Source of the DNA: Bugula neritina
Lineage: Eukaryota > Animalia > Bryozoa
Length of the DNA stretch: 64,000 nt
Assembly: GCA_964035545.1 (NCBI GenBank)
Contig: OZ037771.1
Span: 8,177,408-8,241,407 of the forward strand
Direction: 5' to 3'
The notes under the pieces are model-generated. The model searched no databases and was not told the origin of the DNA. It worked only from the letters and a program-made list of their open reading frames with translations. A program made the translations under genes and the position numbers. Of this stretch, positions 25,401-40,400 are shown in pieces; the stretch's first letter is position 1, and each line of letters begins with the position of its first letter.

Positions 25401-28400
25401 CTTGTGTGCAAGCTTGTGTGATCGTAAATTATAAGGTTTCACTTTTTTTCATGCATTAATCTTGTGGTTTACCACTTACCATATTCTGACTGAGATGTTC
25501 TGTAAAAAATTTGATTTATTCCATTTTAATACATACATTGTTACTGGCATGTAATTTATGTAAGTAAAATGTTAAACAATACCTGACATAAAGCTATTAT
25601 ACCTTTTGATTGATAGAACACCTATTCGTAGCTTTAAGGAATTTGTATTTGATTAAATACATTTAGTATTCAATGAACTTTTATATTGTAAAGGTAAACG
25701 TGCACCAATACATGCTAATGAAAAAGTGCAAAGTTCACCATCTACTGATGTAGCTAGCCAACTGCTGCCTGTTAGAGGTCAGCATGAGACTAGAGAGACT
25801 GACAGCGCACCAGCACAGGATTGGTACAATCAGGTAGAGCAGAATGATGACAATGGTAAGAGCAGTTTCAACAACCGCTACCTATTTTTCACATAGCCTA
25901 TGCACTACAAAATAAATATTTAACTCTGCAATTTATAAATTTTAAATTACAGTTCTTGGATTCTCGTATATTAGAAATTTACTGATATGTTGAAAAAATA
26001 AATATTTTTATACTAACTGATTTCGCATTGGAGTCCTGCTCGTGATTACTGGAAGCAAGTGGTAGGGTCATTTAGTATTGATGTGCTTGTTTGCACAGGA
26101 ATTTTCTTGTTTCAGGGGCAGGATTTCTCGCTGTAGAATTTCCTTGGATTACCCTCTGTTCCACAGATATACATGTGTTGGAAAGTACCAGCCAGTGAGT
26201 AATATTTGTTCCTTGACTCGAAATTAAAATGTACTTTTAACTTTAAAATTGAATAATTTTCATTTTATAAGTTTTTTCAGCAAAACTTTAATTCACATGA
26301 AAATTTTGCTGTTTTTTGCAAATTGCTTCTTAGAGCAGGTAATCTATACTGTAGCGTATGATTGATTGATTCATTACATATCACAGGCATGAAAACATGT
26401 TTTGGAATTCAATATAAATAAGTAGACATGAGCAAAAATGGTAAAAAAAAGTCGAAACTCAGTAGGATTATTTAAAATAAAATATCTTTCAAAGTATTTA
26501 CAAGGCAGTGTAAGAACTATCTCTGCCCCATATTCCTCTATATTTAATGATTTGATATCTGTCAGAGGGCATTACTTCTTAATAGATGAACTAGATCTTC
26601 TTTATCTCATATTTATTTAGGTCGCTAGTATCCCAGGATCCTCAGCTCATTCTTTCAGCCTGTGAGTTCTTAGTTGATGTCATGCTCTTTGATTTTCCAG
26701 CAGAGATATTTCTACAGCGTCCACTGATAATGAAGGTATTTTTCTGATCTGATCACCCATAAAATAACTTCAGCTTCAACTATACATTTTGTGATTGCAA
26801 TCATATATGATTAGCTATTAAGATGTCTGCTATACGTGTAACAGAGGGCTGTTGTTCGGTGTTTCCAGGCAATGTCAATTTCCTAGCCTTATTGAATTAA
26901 CAACATGAATATTTAGTCACATATTTATTATGTTAAGCACTGATGAAACCAAGTAGCATCTTTACCTATGCGATCATTTCTCTGAATAGACTTTAATCAA
27001 GCTGCTCGGTAACACAGTGGATGCCCACAAAGTCTCGGATGTGTCACTGGCTGTGGTTGACACTCTCAACAGACTCTGTGATGTCATCAAATCCAGAATC
27101 AACTTCCACAAAGATCCTATAACATTTGCTCCAAAACAAGGTGAGCTATTTTGACATACTAGCAGCTTCAGCCAATAGACTATGATATGCTAGCAGCTTC
27201 AGCCAATAGACTATGACATACTAGCAGCTTCAGCCAATAGACTATGATATGCTAGCAGCTTCAGCCAATAGACTATGACATACTAGCAGCTTCAGCCAAT
27301 AGACTATGACATACTAGCAGCTTCAGCCAATAGACTATGACATACTAGCAGCTTTAACCAATAGACTATGATATACTAGCAGCTTCATTTATGTTTTGGA
27401 ATTTCCCAGCGGCTCTAGATTTTCAGCTTCTCATTTTTGTCATGATTAGCAATCAGTTGAATTTTTAGTAGACACAATAATAGTTGAAAGTGTGTTTTAC
27501 AGCACTTTATAAATCTGCACGTGCTCTATGCAAGTGCACAGTGACTATGCCTTGTAACATTTCTGTAGACATGTTGGGAATGTACCCCATGACTGGTGCA
27601 GTTGAAGGCAGCAAAGTGGATTCTAGTGCCAGCTCCTCAGTTGGCTCTAGCTCTACCTATTCCAGACCTTCTGTTATTGGCGTGAGTGACGATTTAGATA
27701 GTGATGACAAGACTCAGTCCACATCTCTGTAAGTGTACGTCTCTGTAAGTGTACGTCTTTGTAAGTGTACCTCTTTGTAAGTGTACCTCTTTGTAAGTGT
27801 ACATCTGCTGATTGATGTTTGTGTTTAATATTCATATTTTGATGTTTTCTACTTCTGTTTGTTGTATCTGCCTTTAAAGTATTGTCAGTCACTGGTTTAT
27901 GAAGCACAGAACTAGTCAATGTTTTTAACTTGTTGAATGATTATTGCATCTGAAGACATCAAATATATGCATGTGGTTTACTCAGAGTTGTGTCTATTCT
28001 ACTTTTAATGCATCATCCAGTAAATGACTTCGTCAAAAATATTTTAGCCGGTAAAACACAATACAATTTCTGGAACTTGTTTTGTTTAGATCTAACGAAG
28101 AAAATACTAAATCAAGCCATCGTTCAGTGTCTGTTCAAATGACCACTCCTAATGTGGAAGAGATTGAATTACAGGATCTACAGCTATTGCTGCCAAATTT
28201 TTGTCTACAGCTGCATAAGGTGGCAGTTTCACTTGTGGAGAGGTGCAACAACAGGTATACAATACCCTCTGATATACTATACTCTGATATACAATACCCT
28301 CTGATATACTATACCCTCTGATATACTATACAATACTCTCTGATATACTATGCTATACTCTCTGATATACTATACTATACACTCTGATATACTATACTAT

Positions 28401-31400
28401 ACTGAGTATACTCTCTCATATACTATACTATACTCTCTAATATACTATACTATACTCTCTGATATACTATGCTATACTCTCTGATATACTATACTATACA
28501 CTCTGATATACTATACTATACTCTCTGATATACTATATACTCTGATATAATATGCTATACTCTGATATACTATATACTCTGATATACTATACAATTCCCT
28601 CTGATATACTATACTCTGATATACTATACTATACACTCTGATATACTATACTCTCTAATATACTATACTATACCCTCTGATATACTATACTCTGATATAC
28701 TATACACTCTGATATACTATACTATACTCTCTGATATACTGATATACACTCTGGCATACTGCACTATACACCCTATACATGAAATGTAACTAACACCGCT
28801 GTTGTATAATGTGGCTTGGTGGCAGAAAGACCTTTGAATTCCTGCTCTCTAATTGGCCATTTCGAGTAGCGATTTGACAAAACTTGTGGTGAATGTGGGA
28901 GTGCTTTCTGATGTGGCATTACTCCGTACAGCAGTAAGCATTTCATACCAGTGAAAGGTGAAGGACAGGTCAGAATGTGGATTCCTTGTCTTGTGAATGT
29001 CTTAGTATACTTGGTTTCAGGTTGGAACTTGAACTGCATAGACTTCTGATCAAACTTCACAATGTACTTGAGTTGTCCATCAACAGCCAGATTTGGTTGG
29101 ATACTTCACAGTATGCCAGAGAGCTGGTGAGTTTGGAGTTATCTTTTCATTCAACATCTCCATAACCTCATAACCCGACAGCTTCTGTCTCCTCACATAA
29201 CCATGTATCTGCCTTTCTTCAAATAATATGTTGTTGATTTTCAATTCATTTTTATGCCCTCACTGCAGTAGATTAAATTTTATTTGTCCAATTAGGAGTT
29301 ATCATTTCATAAATTTTAGTGCTTTAAACCTAAGGATGCTAATTTTCAGTCTGTGGACAAAAGCGAAATATATTCATATTGACCATTTGTATTTATTTCT
29401 CATTTTTATATCAATATCAGAGTGGATTAGACCCTTGCACAGCATCCTATAACATCACAGCAGATATTTCTGTGTACTGTAGTGTGACATGTTGAGGTTG
29501 GAAATCAGCTCACTAGCTAGAGTGGCTCTCAAGTCTCACCAGGTGGCGTCTTCAGATCAAACACCAGAAGTGACTACAGCTCAGAAGAGAATGACCTACA
29601 TATTGTGTTCACAACTTAGTTTGAATCTCTATTCTCTGGTACCCAGTAGCAAGGTTTGTAATGGATTTGTTTATATTGTTTGTGAATAAAATACTTCTCT
29701 GTTTTCTATATATCATATGCTTCTATATCATATGCTTCTATATCATATGCTTCTATCTACCATCAGTGGTAAAAGAGTTCTACTATAACTGTGCAGCTTG
29801 TCTTTCAGCATTCCTACTCTTATAATTGTAGTGCTCAGATGTGCTTGGAGCTAATGAGAAACAACTACTTTTCACATTATGCTGTGATGAAAGTCTTGCC
29901 CAATCAGTACCCTACATCCGGCAGCGTGCTGCCGATATGCTGCAAACTGTGGACAGTGTATCCTATAATGTGTACAAGGCTGCTAGTGTCATATGTAACA
30001 GCGCTGATAGCTACTGTAACTTTCTCCTGGCATCAGCTTACACTGCTCAGGTAAATATTCTTGTGTGTCATCTACTTGAATTCCCATACTCTTGTTATAA
30101 TTATACTCTTAGAATAACCTTTTTAATTTCTTAGTTCTATAATATCTTACAAGGTTTAGAACTGTCTTTTTTCAATATGCAGAGAAATTGTTTTTAGCAC
30201 TATAACCCGAGTAAGCATTTTTATTTATAATATTTTATTACAATGTCATGAGTTATTATTGGTGGAAGATGACTTAGAATAACTGGCTGTTTGGTTCTAT
30301 TGAGTACACGTAGCTTTTCAGTTTATTCAGGAGACAAGTTCTGTTTTGATTTCTTCTGCAGTTGGTTTATGCTGTACGTTATATTATATTTTAGCCACAT
30401 TGTATATACAGGTGTATAATAGAAGTCATGTCATAGCCAAGTATGTGGTGTCTTTGCCCTGGAGTACTTAACTAAACGCCAACTTATTGCTGATTTCTCA
30501 TTCATTACTTCAAAATACTGTCTCTTGGGTTTAAAGAAGCAGTATTTCTAGACTCCAGACTGTATTGTCTTGTTATAGGACAGTAAAGAGTTACTCAAGT
30601 TGATAGATCATGCAGATAAAGCTATATACAGCATACCCTATCACAAGAATACAGAACTCATACCTGCCTATGTCCAGCTCTGTGTTCAGAGGTGCGTCAT
30701 GCAAACTGCCTTTCAATTTCTGTTCACTGTGTAGATTGTTTTTATATAAATTTGGTTGGTCCATAGAATATTGAAATTTTTAGTTTTAACTTCTGGTCAC
30801 AACTTTATTTCCCTGCATCACTTGCAGTATATGTTTGCCCTATTTCTACACTAAGATTGGCTCTATTTCAGAAACTTATGTAACTGCAATAAAACCATCT
30901 CTGTGTAACTACCTTGTCACCTCTACCTATCTGGTTTCTAAGCACATAATCAACTCACTATGGTTGATATATAATCAATGATTTATTAAGTTTTGCTGCT
31001 AACATCTCAGTTTTCTCAAGGAAACAATAAGTTAGTTTAAAGGGTTTTTGCTGCTTTTAGCTGGAAAGTGTTAGACCGGAGCTCTGCACAGATTCAGAGC
31101 TATATGGTGAACACCTTATTGAAATATTTATCCCACCCTCTGCCCGATATAAAGAAACTGACATATCAGTCAATTGTCTCCCATCTTAAGGTAATGTTTA
31201 ATACTAAAGGCAGACTTGATGACTTCATCAGAATAAATAAAGAAAATTTGGAATTTTCTAAACTTCTTGCGATCAGTGCTTAGCTTAGCCTGATTCTTGT
31301 GTAACTCAATTTGCACTCCTAAATTTATAGGATAGTTTCTCTGATACAAGATAAAATGTAATGTGCTTTTGGGTGTTGTTCCTTTAACTATTAGCAGCTA

Positions 31401-34400
31401 GTTCTTCTCACTGCTTACCTGTACTCTTTGTAGTCATGTTTATCATTCGACTCGCCAACTCACAGCAAGTGTGATGACATTGCATTTCTCCTTCATCACA
31501 GCATCTTATGGGAAGTGGCTTGTTTCGGTCTCTCGTCTGATTTACCAGAGGCAAGTTATACTGCAGTTATAGTTATACTGTAGTTATAGCTACGCTGTAG
31601 TTATAGTTACACTATAGTTATAGTTATACTATAGTTATAGTTACACTATAATTATAGTTATACTGTAGTTATAGTTACACTATAGTTATAGTTATATTGT
31701 AGTTATAGTTACACTATAGTTATAGTTATACTATAGTTATAGTTACACTATAATTATAGTTATACTATAGTTTTAGTTATCCTGTAGTTATAGTTATACT
31801 GTAGTTATAGTTATCCTGTAGTTATAGTTATACTGTAGTTATAGTTACCCTTTAAATATAATTTTTTGTACTTGTTTGTTATACAAGGTGTGGCTTGTGA
31901 TTATTTTTTCAACTACTAAAATTTCAAGATGGTTTGCTTTGGGTCAACTCATGTTTTGGCAGAGTCATCACAAGGAACTCTCATTGTATGAAAGTGTCAG
32001 TCATGTTTTTGTACGAACTCTATTCTAGACAGACTCATAAGTAAATTGACTAAGTTCCATATTTTGCTCTTAGCAATTTTTATATTTATAATACACAATA
32101 ATTGGCCCCCAATTTTTTTGCCAGCTGGTAGTAAGAGGTGTTTCATTAATACTGCTTTTCATAAACTGCTAATTGTAGAGTTGACTCAGCTCTCTTTGTG
32201 AATTATAGAGTTGTCTACTCTTTAACTTGAAGTTATGGTTCTTTTTATTTTAAATGAAAAACTTGTAGCACTGAAGCAAATCTATATATTTTGCCATTTA
32301 CCTAAATGCCATTTGGTATTCTTATAAATGGGAGATTAGTAAAAGTACACTCAATTATATTCAAATCTATAGTTTGACCAACTAGGTTTGTGGAACGTTA
32401 TTGTTCAATTGTTTAGGTGATTTCCTGTAGCCAGGATCTGTTTAGTTATCTGATGCAGTGCCGTATGCTGGTGTCTGCTGACATGTGGAAGTCAGTATGC
32501 GACAGCCTGCTGCCACTACTTCCTGTTTTACAGGTCAGTTCACTTCACTTGTATAAGTCTACGAGTTCCGCTAATGTCAGCAGAGAAAGTTATCATTTCT
32601 GTGTAACTTGCAGTATGACTATATTATTGAGTGAGTGTATCTGTTTCTAGAGTTACGCCAACTCTGACTTAACACTAGGGAAGTGTCTTTTGGCCTTCAT
32701 TGATCCTCACTTTGATGAAAACATATCCACACTGCACTGTGTGAAAGGAGCTGTCAGAATTCTGTTCTGTAGAGATTCAGTTGCCAGGATAGATGCTGCC
32801 AAGGTATGGTGGCAACACTCAAAGCTGTAATTGATTAACAAATGTTTCTATCTTTTAATAAACACATTATAATAATGCTTTTTAGTGAAAGAGCTTTTTC
32901 ACATTCTTTGTCAGTGTGTTCTATGCTAGGCTGTTAGTTTTTACAGTTTCATGTTGCTAATAGTACCTAACTAAGTCATTAGTTTCAATTGCAAAAGTAT
33001 GTATACACATTTTCTTAAGAATGTCTCACAACTGATGTATTTATCTAAAATTTTCTCAGCAAACCATTTACAGTAATGTATGTGGAAGATATGGTGAACA
33101 TCAGATTGTGTTTTAGAGTTATTGCCGTAAAATCTCGAAATTGGAAGTTAATTTACATACCAGAGCTGTAGGCATCTCATAACACATGTTTAATAAAGTT
33201 ATGTTGCTGTAGGTGTTGATGACTAGGCTAAACAGTACATACAATTCCCATCTGCTGTACCCAATAGCTCAGACTAATCACCATGCAAACCACATAATAC
33301 ACATGGGAACTCTCACTAGAGACACGTCTGCTAGCTCTACACAACCCTCTGTAATCAGTGATGACAGTGTAACCAGGGTTCTCCGGGTGTTTCTAGAAGA
33401 TGGGGTGGAGCAAAGTGTACGACTCACCTCTCTCAATCAACTTTCTATCATACTGCAAAGTATGTACAAGTTTGCATTTTAGTTACTTTGATTTCATAGA
33501 CTCTCAGTCGGTTTTTGGTCTGTGAGAAATGCGATTTCTAAGATGCAGATTTTTATTTTGTATCTTTGAACATACTAATTACTGAGTGCATCAGTTTTAT
33601 TTTTTTTACAGATTTTGATTTGGTGTCATTATGCCAGTATCAGGGACTAATAATAACACTTTTGGAATCGACTTAAAAGCATGTATTGAAATATTTTGTT
33701 GTTTCATGATCTTGTTAGTTTTGTGTGTAAGTTCTGTGTTTTCAACATTAACATGTTTCTCAAGTCCATGCGCTTCTATGTTGTAGATTCTCTAACACAC
33801 AAATTCTATTTAGAGAATGATGGCTTAGAACTTACTCTGTCTACTATTAATGAAAGTATTTCTCCAGAAAAGGTAATTGAATCAGCTTACACTCATAATA
33901 CTAACTCTCTATATTATTCTAATGTTGATTATAACATACTGCAGGATCAGTCTTAGACAGAGTATTATACCAGTATTTTAGTATCTTTATTTCTGTTTCC
34001 GGCTGATTACGAAAGATGGTCATCAATCACGGTTATTTCTGTGGCATTGAAAGTCTTATGCTACCAACCCTTTCTAGTATTTTAACTAAGTTTAAGACTT
34101 AAAGATTCTAACCAATATAATGCTTTGGACACTGTAAAGATATATTTTACAATAAGGGAAGATCAACGTAGCACTATGTAACCTAATATATTGCATTTAT
34201 ATAATACATTTGCCCCTCTGTAGTGTAGATTAAGTATGTTGTGGGTTTTCTAAGGATATATAGAAAAGCTAACTTTATTTAAACATGACTAGCTAAACCT
34301 CGGTCACCTTCCTGAACCTGTAAATTTTAGAGTGTACCCTTCGTTATTATTAAGTAGAGTTATGTCAGCCTCTTGGGCAAATTGATAAGCCTGTGGAATA

Positions 34401-37400
34401 TTTTATATTACCATCCATTTGGTATGTACCTAATTTGCTTCATTACATGTAATAGATATAAATATTGAACCTTAACCTTATTATGTTTTGTTTCTCAGGC
34501 TAGTATAGAAGAAGAAACTGTAGCACCTGCAATCTCCATTCTGGCATCTTTACTCCAACACAATCAGGATATAAGACAAGCACTTGCAGCAGATGTCAGC
34601 TCTATTCTCGCCTTACTTAGATGTGAGTTTCCTCAACATCAGTCAGTCATCCGTTCGCAACTGAATTGTTGGCACATTTGTCAGGACTCAATTGTCCTGT
34701 CATTAAAAAATGTTTTACTTCTTTTTTTTAATACAATCTCATGACGTTCTTTTAAAGTAGTGAGAATGCAAATATAGCTAGTTTTGACTTAGTTTTTGAA
34801 AATAAAACCACGAATGAACTCAATATTAATGTTGACAGTGATTTGTTGAGTGCACTGCAGTACACAAGTATCTGGTATACTTTATAAGATGTACTTAAAC
34901 TATATCTTCTATTTCTATGCAGGTTGTTGGCTGTTCCCAAGCTCTTCTAAGACTAGTATTGAAGCTGCACAGTGTCTGTTGTACATTGTGTTTAATGAAA
35001 TTAGTCCAATATCTTCACTGGATGTTCTTTCACTTCCCAAGACGTGCTGTGTCAGGTACTACTGGTTCTGATAAGACTATGTATCCTTTTATTATGTTGA
35101 TTTGTTAATGAATTTGTAGTGGTAAGATGTTGGTATCTTTGCTGTCATGTTAAATGTAGATGAATCAACTCCTTGCTGCCTCTGTTCTACAAGTTACATT
35201 ATCAAGGGGGGATATACAATGCTGCCTGTATTTATTACTACTCACTGCTAGTTAGAGCTCAGGCCATGTTTACTGTTTGTTGTTCTTTCAGATACAAGCT
35301 GCCACTACGAGTTCTATCTTACTGTGATGTAAGTGCCCACCGAGTTACTCCGCCCCCTCCATCTAATGATCCAATCACACAGCCTCTACCACTGCAAATG
35401 CTTAGAATACATTGGAATATTAAATGGCACGGGAAAGTTGAACATCTCCTCGAGAGTTTGGATAGAGAAGAGAAGCAAGGGTAAGGGACTGTAGTCTTGA
35501 CATGTGTTCCCTTGTAAAGCGGAGTACATCTATGGCTGCAGTATTTTGATGAATTGCTTTGTTACAGGAGTGGACAATTCCAACTGAAGTTAGCCGACAT
35601 TCTCTCCCTCAAAGAATCAAACTCTCAATACTCCATCTTCAAGAGCCTTAGGACCATAACTAATGCTACCACTCATAATGACGTAGCCCAGCAGCTCGGC
35701 ACCCTCACTGCCTACTCTCAGATGTGCTATCTGGCCTCAGATCACAGGACTCTGTCCACCATAACATGGAACACCTATTTCTCTAGGTATGGCATTTTCT
35801 CCTCTTTGACTTCCACATTGTCCTACTCCTTTGTTTAATTACCTCATGTTGCCCAAATACTAAGATGCCAGCACTTGGTGTAAGAATACTGAGCTGCAGA
35901 ATTTTGGTGTGTTTTAAAACTTCCACAGCTGCAGTTTATATCTGCAATTGTTGTAGTAGAAGTGTGATGCTTGTCTTAAGTAAATTTTTGCTTCATGCAT
36001 GTCAGCAAGTATTTTGATGTCACTTGTGAACTCTATATTTTGCACTAGTTACTTGGCTTATCCAGTTGTCTATCCACTCAGCACTATTTACTCAGTATTC
36101 ACTATGTGCTAATTACGCACTATTCACTATGTACTATGCAATAGCTACTCTCTACTTACTATGTACTCTGTACTGTTTACTCATTATGTACTGTTTACTC
36201 ACCACTCACTATGTACTATGCAATAGCTACTCTCTACTTACTATGTACTGTTTACTCATATGTACTGTTTACTCACTACTCACTATGTACTAATTACTCA
36301 CTATTTACTCAGTACTGTTTACTCACTATGTACTATTTACTCATTATGTACAGTTTACTCACTAGTCACTCTGTACTGTATACTCACTATTCACACTGTA
36401 CTGTTTACTCACTATTTACTATTATGCTGCAGGTTTCTAACTACACAGCCAGTAGCCCAGATTGACAAGGAGTTGTTGATACGCATCACTACTTACTTCA
36501 CGTCTTTGCTCAACATGGGCATGCCTGCGGTCAACAGTAATCTGTTGGGAGAACTACAATCCTCCCTCCAGGGAACTAAGGAGAGCGTACTTCTCTCCCT
36601 CCTCAACGACTCTGCATACTCCCAGGCTACGGATTCTCAACTCAAGAGGTTAGCAGCTGTCTTCTCTTCAGTCAGTTGATATGTTCACAGTTATGCTCTT
36701 TTAAATCTGTTTAAATTAGTTTAATTTACACTAATTGTGAGTGAGAGCACACAAGTTCTAGTCTTCACATCCTTCAGGTTACAAGCATATAAACTGATTC
36801 ATACGTGCTGCTGCCGCTGCTTGTAGACCCCTGCAGAACACACTCCTGTCTATACTCAGTTTGTCTGGTACTCACACTTCCTCTGACAGCACGTCTGTTG
36901 GTCGGCCCGGCCGCTGCTATCTGGTACAAGCAGTGCTGAAGAGGCTGACTATGGCTGATGCCTCTAACTTCTATAACTTGGCGTCACTGGAGAGCTCAGT
37001 CTATACTCTGTCACGTCTCACATCAAGGTGTGTTGTTTCTGCGGTACAACAGATGCTAAGCCCATGTCTAGCTGATCTTTGTAACTTGTTTCTTTGTAAA
37101 CCGATGCAATATTCTTGAGCCACACCCTTGCATGTACTGTATTCCTTTTACAGTTGTGGCTGGAGTGTTGGATGCAGCGATATTGATAGCAGCTCTCTAT
37201 GCTCTCAGCTAATTAAAGCCTTATTTGAAGTAAGTTGATATAAGCATACTGTTAAACTATGCATGGTGAAACTTTTGCTAACGTTCAAGTGAAACTACCC
37301 AATCGAGTTTAACTTTTTTACACCAGTAAGTTGTAAAAACATGATAAGATGTCTATATAAATACTAGATTTTCAACTGAATGTTATTAGTCACCTTCTAT

Positions 37401-40400
37401 ATCCTCTATTCCAATAAACAATGGTTTAGTATGGTACCATCATTATCACACTTGTGCTATGTAACTTTAAAAAGGTTGACTCAATAAGTCAGATTAATGC
37501 TACATTTGTAATAACTGTGTGACATTAGAGTTGGCTAAGGATTCTGATCAGGTTGAGAACAGAGCACATTATTGAGAGGTTGTGTTATAACCTAGGTTCT
37601 CTCAGCGTTTCACTTCGGAAGGCAGGGTAACTCCTCATCATACATGGGCAAGGGAGTATTGCGTAACGCAACGCTTTGTCTGCGTTATGTTGTTGAGGAG
37701 ATGACTTCAGTGGTGCAGGACACGGACAGCTGGCTGGCTCGCTGGGTGGAGGGCGAGGAGGGTCAGACCAGACTGCAGTGGCTTAGATCTCTTTGGACTT
37801 ATAGAGATCAGGAGGTCAGGTGCTATGCAATGTATACAGAGTAGTTGTGGAGATCAATGAGTGCTATGCAATGTATACAGAGTAGTTGATTATTGTATTA
37901 CGTAAGGTTGTCCGCTGATTTGTGAACTTGTTTGTAAAAAGAAACTCATCTCTTTGTTCATAGTCCTTCTCGTTTTTGCAAATATTTTTCTCAAAATTCT
38001 ACTTGTTTCTTCACATTTTAATTTAATATTTTATAATATGAAATAATATAAAAGAAACCCTTGCAGGTTAGAACTGCTGCGTTGGGTGTGAGTGTCGCTC
38101 TGTTACACTTATCTCTGGGACTCAGCACTGTGTCCAGCTCCGTCACGGACCTAGTCAGAGATGCGGTTGAGGTAGTGGTGGACAGCACAGAGTGTTCTCT
38201 TGTGAGGAGACAGGCTTCTGTGCTGCTGTCTAATGTCATCTGGAACGTGATACATCACCCCACCAGCGACCTAGACTACAAGGTTAGCTCTCTCACTCTA
38301 GTGACTCACTACACCGCTCTCTACTATGACTTTGTAACTGCTGTCCGGACTACATGAATAGTATTTGTTGTACTTTGAAATCTGTCTGTTGTTTAGATAG
38401 ACATGTTGATAGAAATACAAACAGGTGACTGCTTTTAGTATAATGTTTCATAATGAATTCAGACTGTATGTTGTGACTCAAACTACATAATGACTCGGAC
38501 TGTACATTATGATTATATTATGCATCAATGCCTATCCACATTACAACATCTCCATAAAAAGTGCTGTTATAAGCAGGTTTCATTAAAACGAAATCATGAT
38601 GAACTCATCGAGTTAGCAATGTTCTAACACAAACATTTTATTGCAGACAAAACCTATGCATATTATAGGAACATATAAATGTTTTTTGTTGTACTTGTTA
38701 AATTTCATTCGCAGTGTGGAATCTTGTAATGAAATGGGGTTGTCTACTAGCAAATTCATAGTTTTTAACCTGTTTTAAAAACCCTTTGGATTATTTGGAC
38801 AACGTTTAAATTATATTATGTTTTGGTCATCACTGATTTTCAAAAACATCTTGTTTCCAGGGAAACAGCTTTTATTTAGACTGTATTATGACTAACTCAG
38901 GGGATTTGCTGTGTTATTTCAGAAAGAACTGCTGAATATTCATGAAGTGCTACGATCTGCCAACTACTACTCTGAGATATTTGTCATACTGTCTTCAGAT
39001 ATCTTCCTCAACACTGAACTTAATATGGATTCCCTACACAGACAAGTTAGACCTGAACTAGGTATATTATTATACTCTAGTGTAGCTGTACTATAACACT
39101 GCCATATATTGTAGGCTATACATCTTGTATATAATCTGATAGTGTAACAGTGTAGCTGTATATACTGTATACCATGTTCTAATAAGTAGATATTTGGATA
39201 GTATGAAATTACAGTGTGTTGGCTAAATTGGAGTTGAAATGTTCTACTACCTTATTGCTTAGAAATGCCAAATCTGCTTTTGAATGAAGGATTTCTCTAG
39301 AGCCGGTGTTCTATCTGATGGTGCATATGTAATCGACTAAAGTGAGATTTCCAGCGTGACGATTGTTCAATTAAAATTTTTCTGACAATTTGGGACTTTG
39401 ATATCTTTATCTTTATCTTGTTAACCAACATGATACTTTGTAAAAAGTAAAACTGTCACTTATTCATAACACACTTTTGCTCAGATATTTATACTAACTT
39501 AAACTCAATAACTCAATTTCTTAACAATATAAAAATGCTGGATGGCCTTTATAATACATGTAAGAAAGTGTGTGTAATATAATACCATGTGATATGTTAT
39601 TTAGGAGAAAGTGTTTGTAATGTGGTATATCCGACCCTGGTCACCCCCTCCTTTCTACACTCCCTCCTACAGTGCCTGATATTACTCACCAATTCTATAC
39701 CCTCAGCCACTCTACCTGAGCTGGAGACAGTACAGGCCACATACCATCTGACTGGGTGAGTTTATACTTGAGTCTGACTGGAGCCCATGTAGATAATGTG
39801 CTACTGTGTTGAGTATTATACAGTGCAGCAACTTACAACAACCACATTTATTCATAAGCCAACTTAATATCAAACATGTTTTCTGTTATGAACTGTTTAT
39901 TTAATTACAGTCTGCATGTTGAGATTTTAAATGTAAAAACTCAAATTGGTAGGCAGGTGGATTTTAGTTCTTGTTTTTTTTGTAACATTTTGTTGCATTA
40001 ATGCTCTTATATAGTCAATTCTACCACTATTACTATTACTACTATCACCTGGCTAAGGACAGTCGCACTTCTCTAAGTAGTAAACTTGTTGGCAGGACTT
40101 AACTTTCCAACTCTGCTGCTGTAATCATGTAGCTAGGTTTGTCAGAATGTTTATTGTGTGTGCTGCAACATCGTGTGGCAGTTAAATGCTGCACCCACTG
40201 AAATGTTCCAGGTTCTTTCTGCACAATGATGACACTGTGATGACTCTCATCCATGACCTTGACATCTCAGACAACTCTAGAGTCTTGCTAAGAAATGATG
40301 TCACCTCTCTGTGTGTTACCAGCATCAGCTTGCTGCGGTCCTGCATTATTCAGAATAAATATATGAGAAGCTCTTCTCTCTCTTCAGCCAACTGTTGTCA

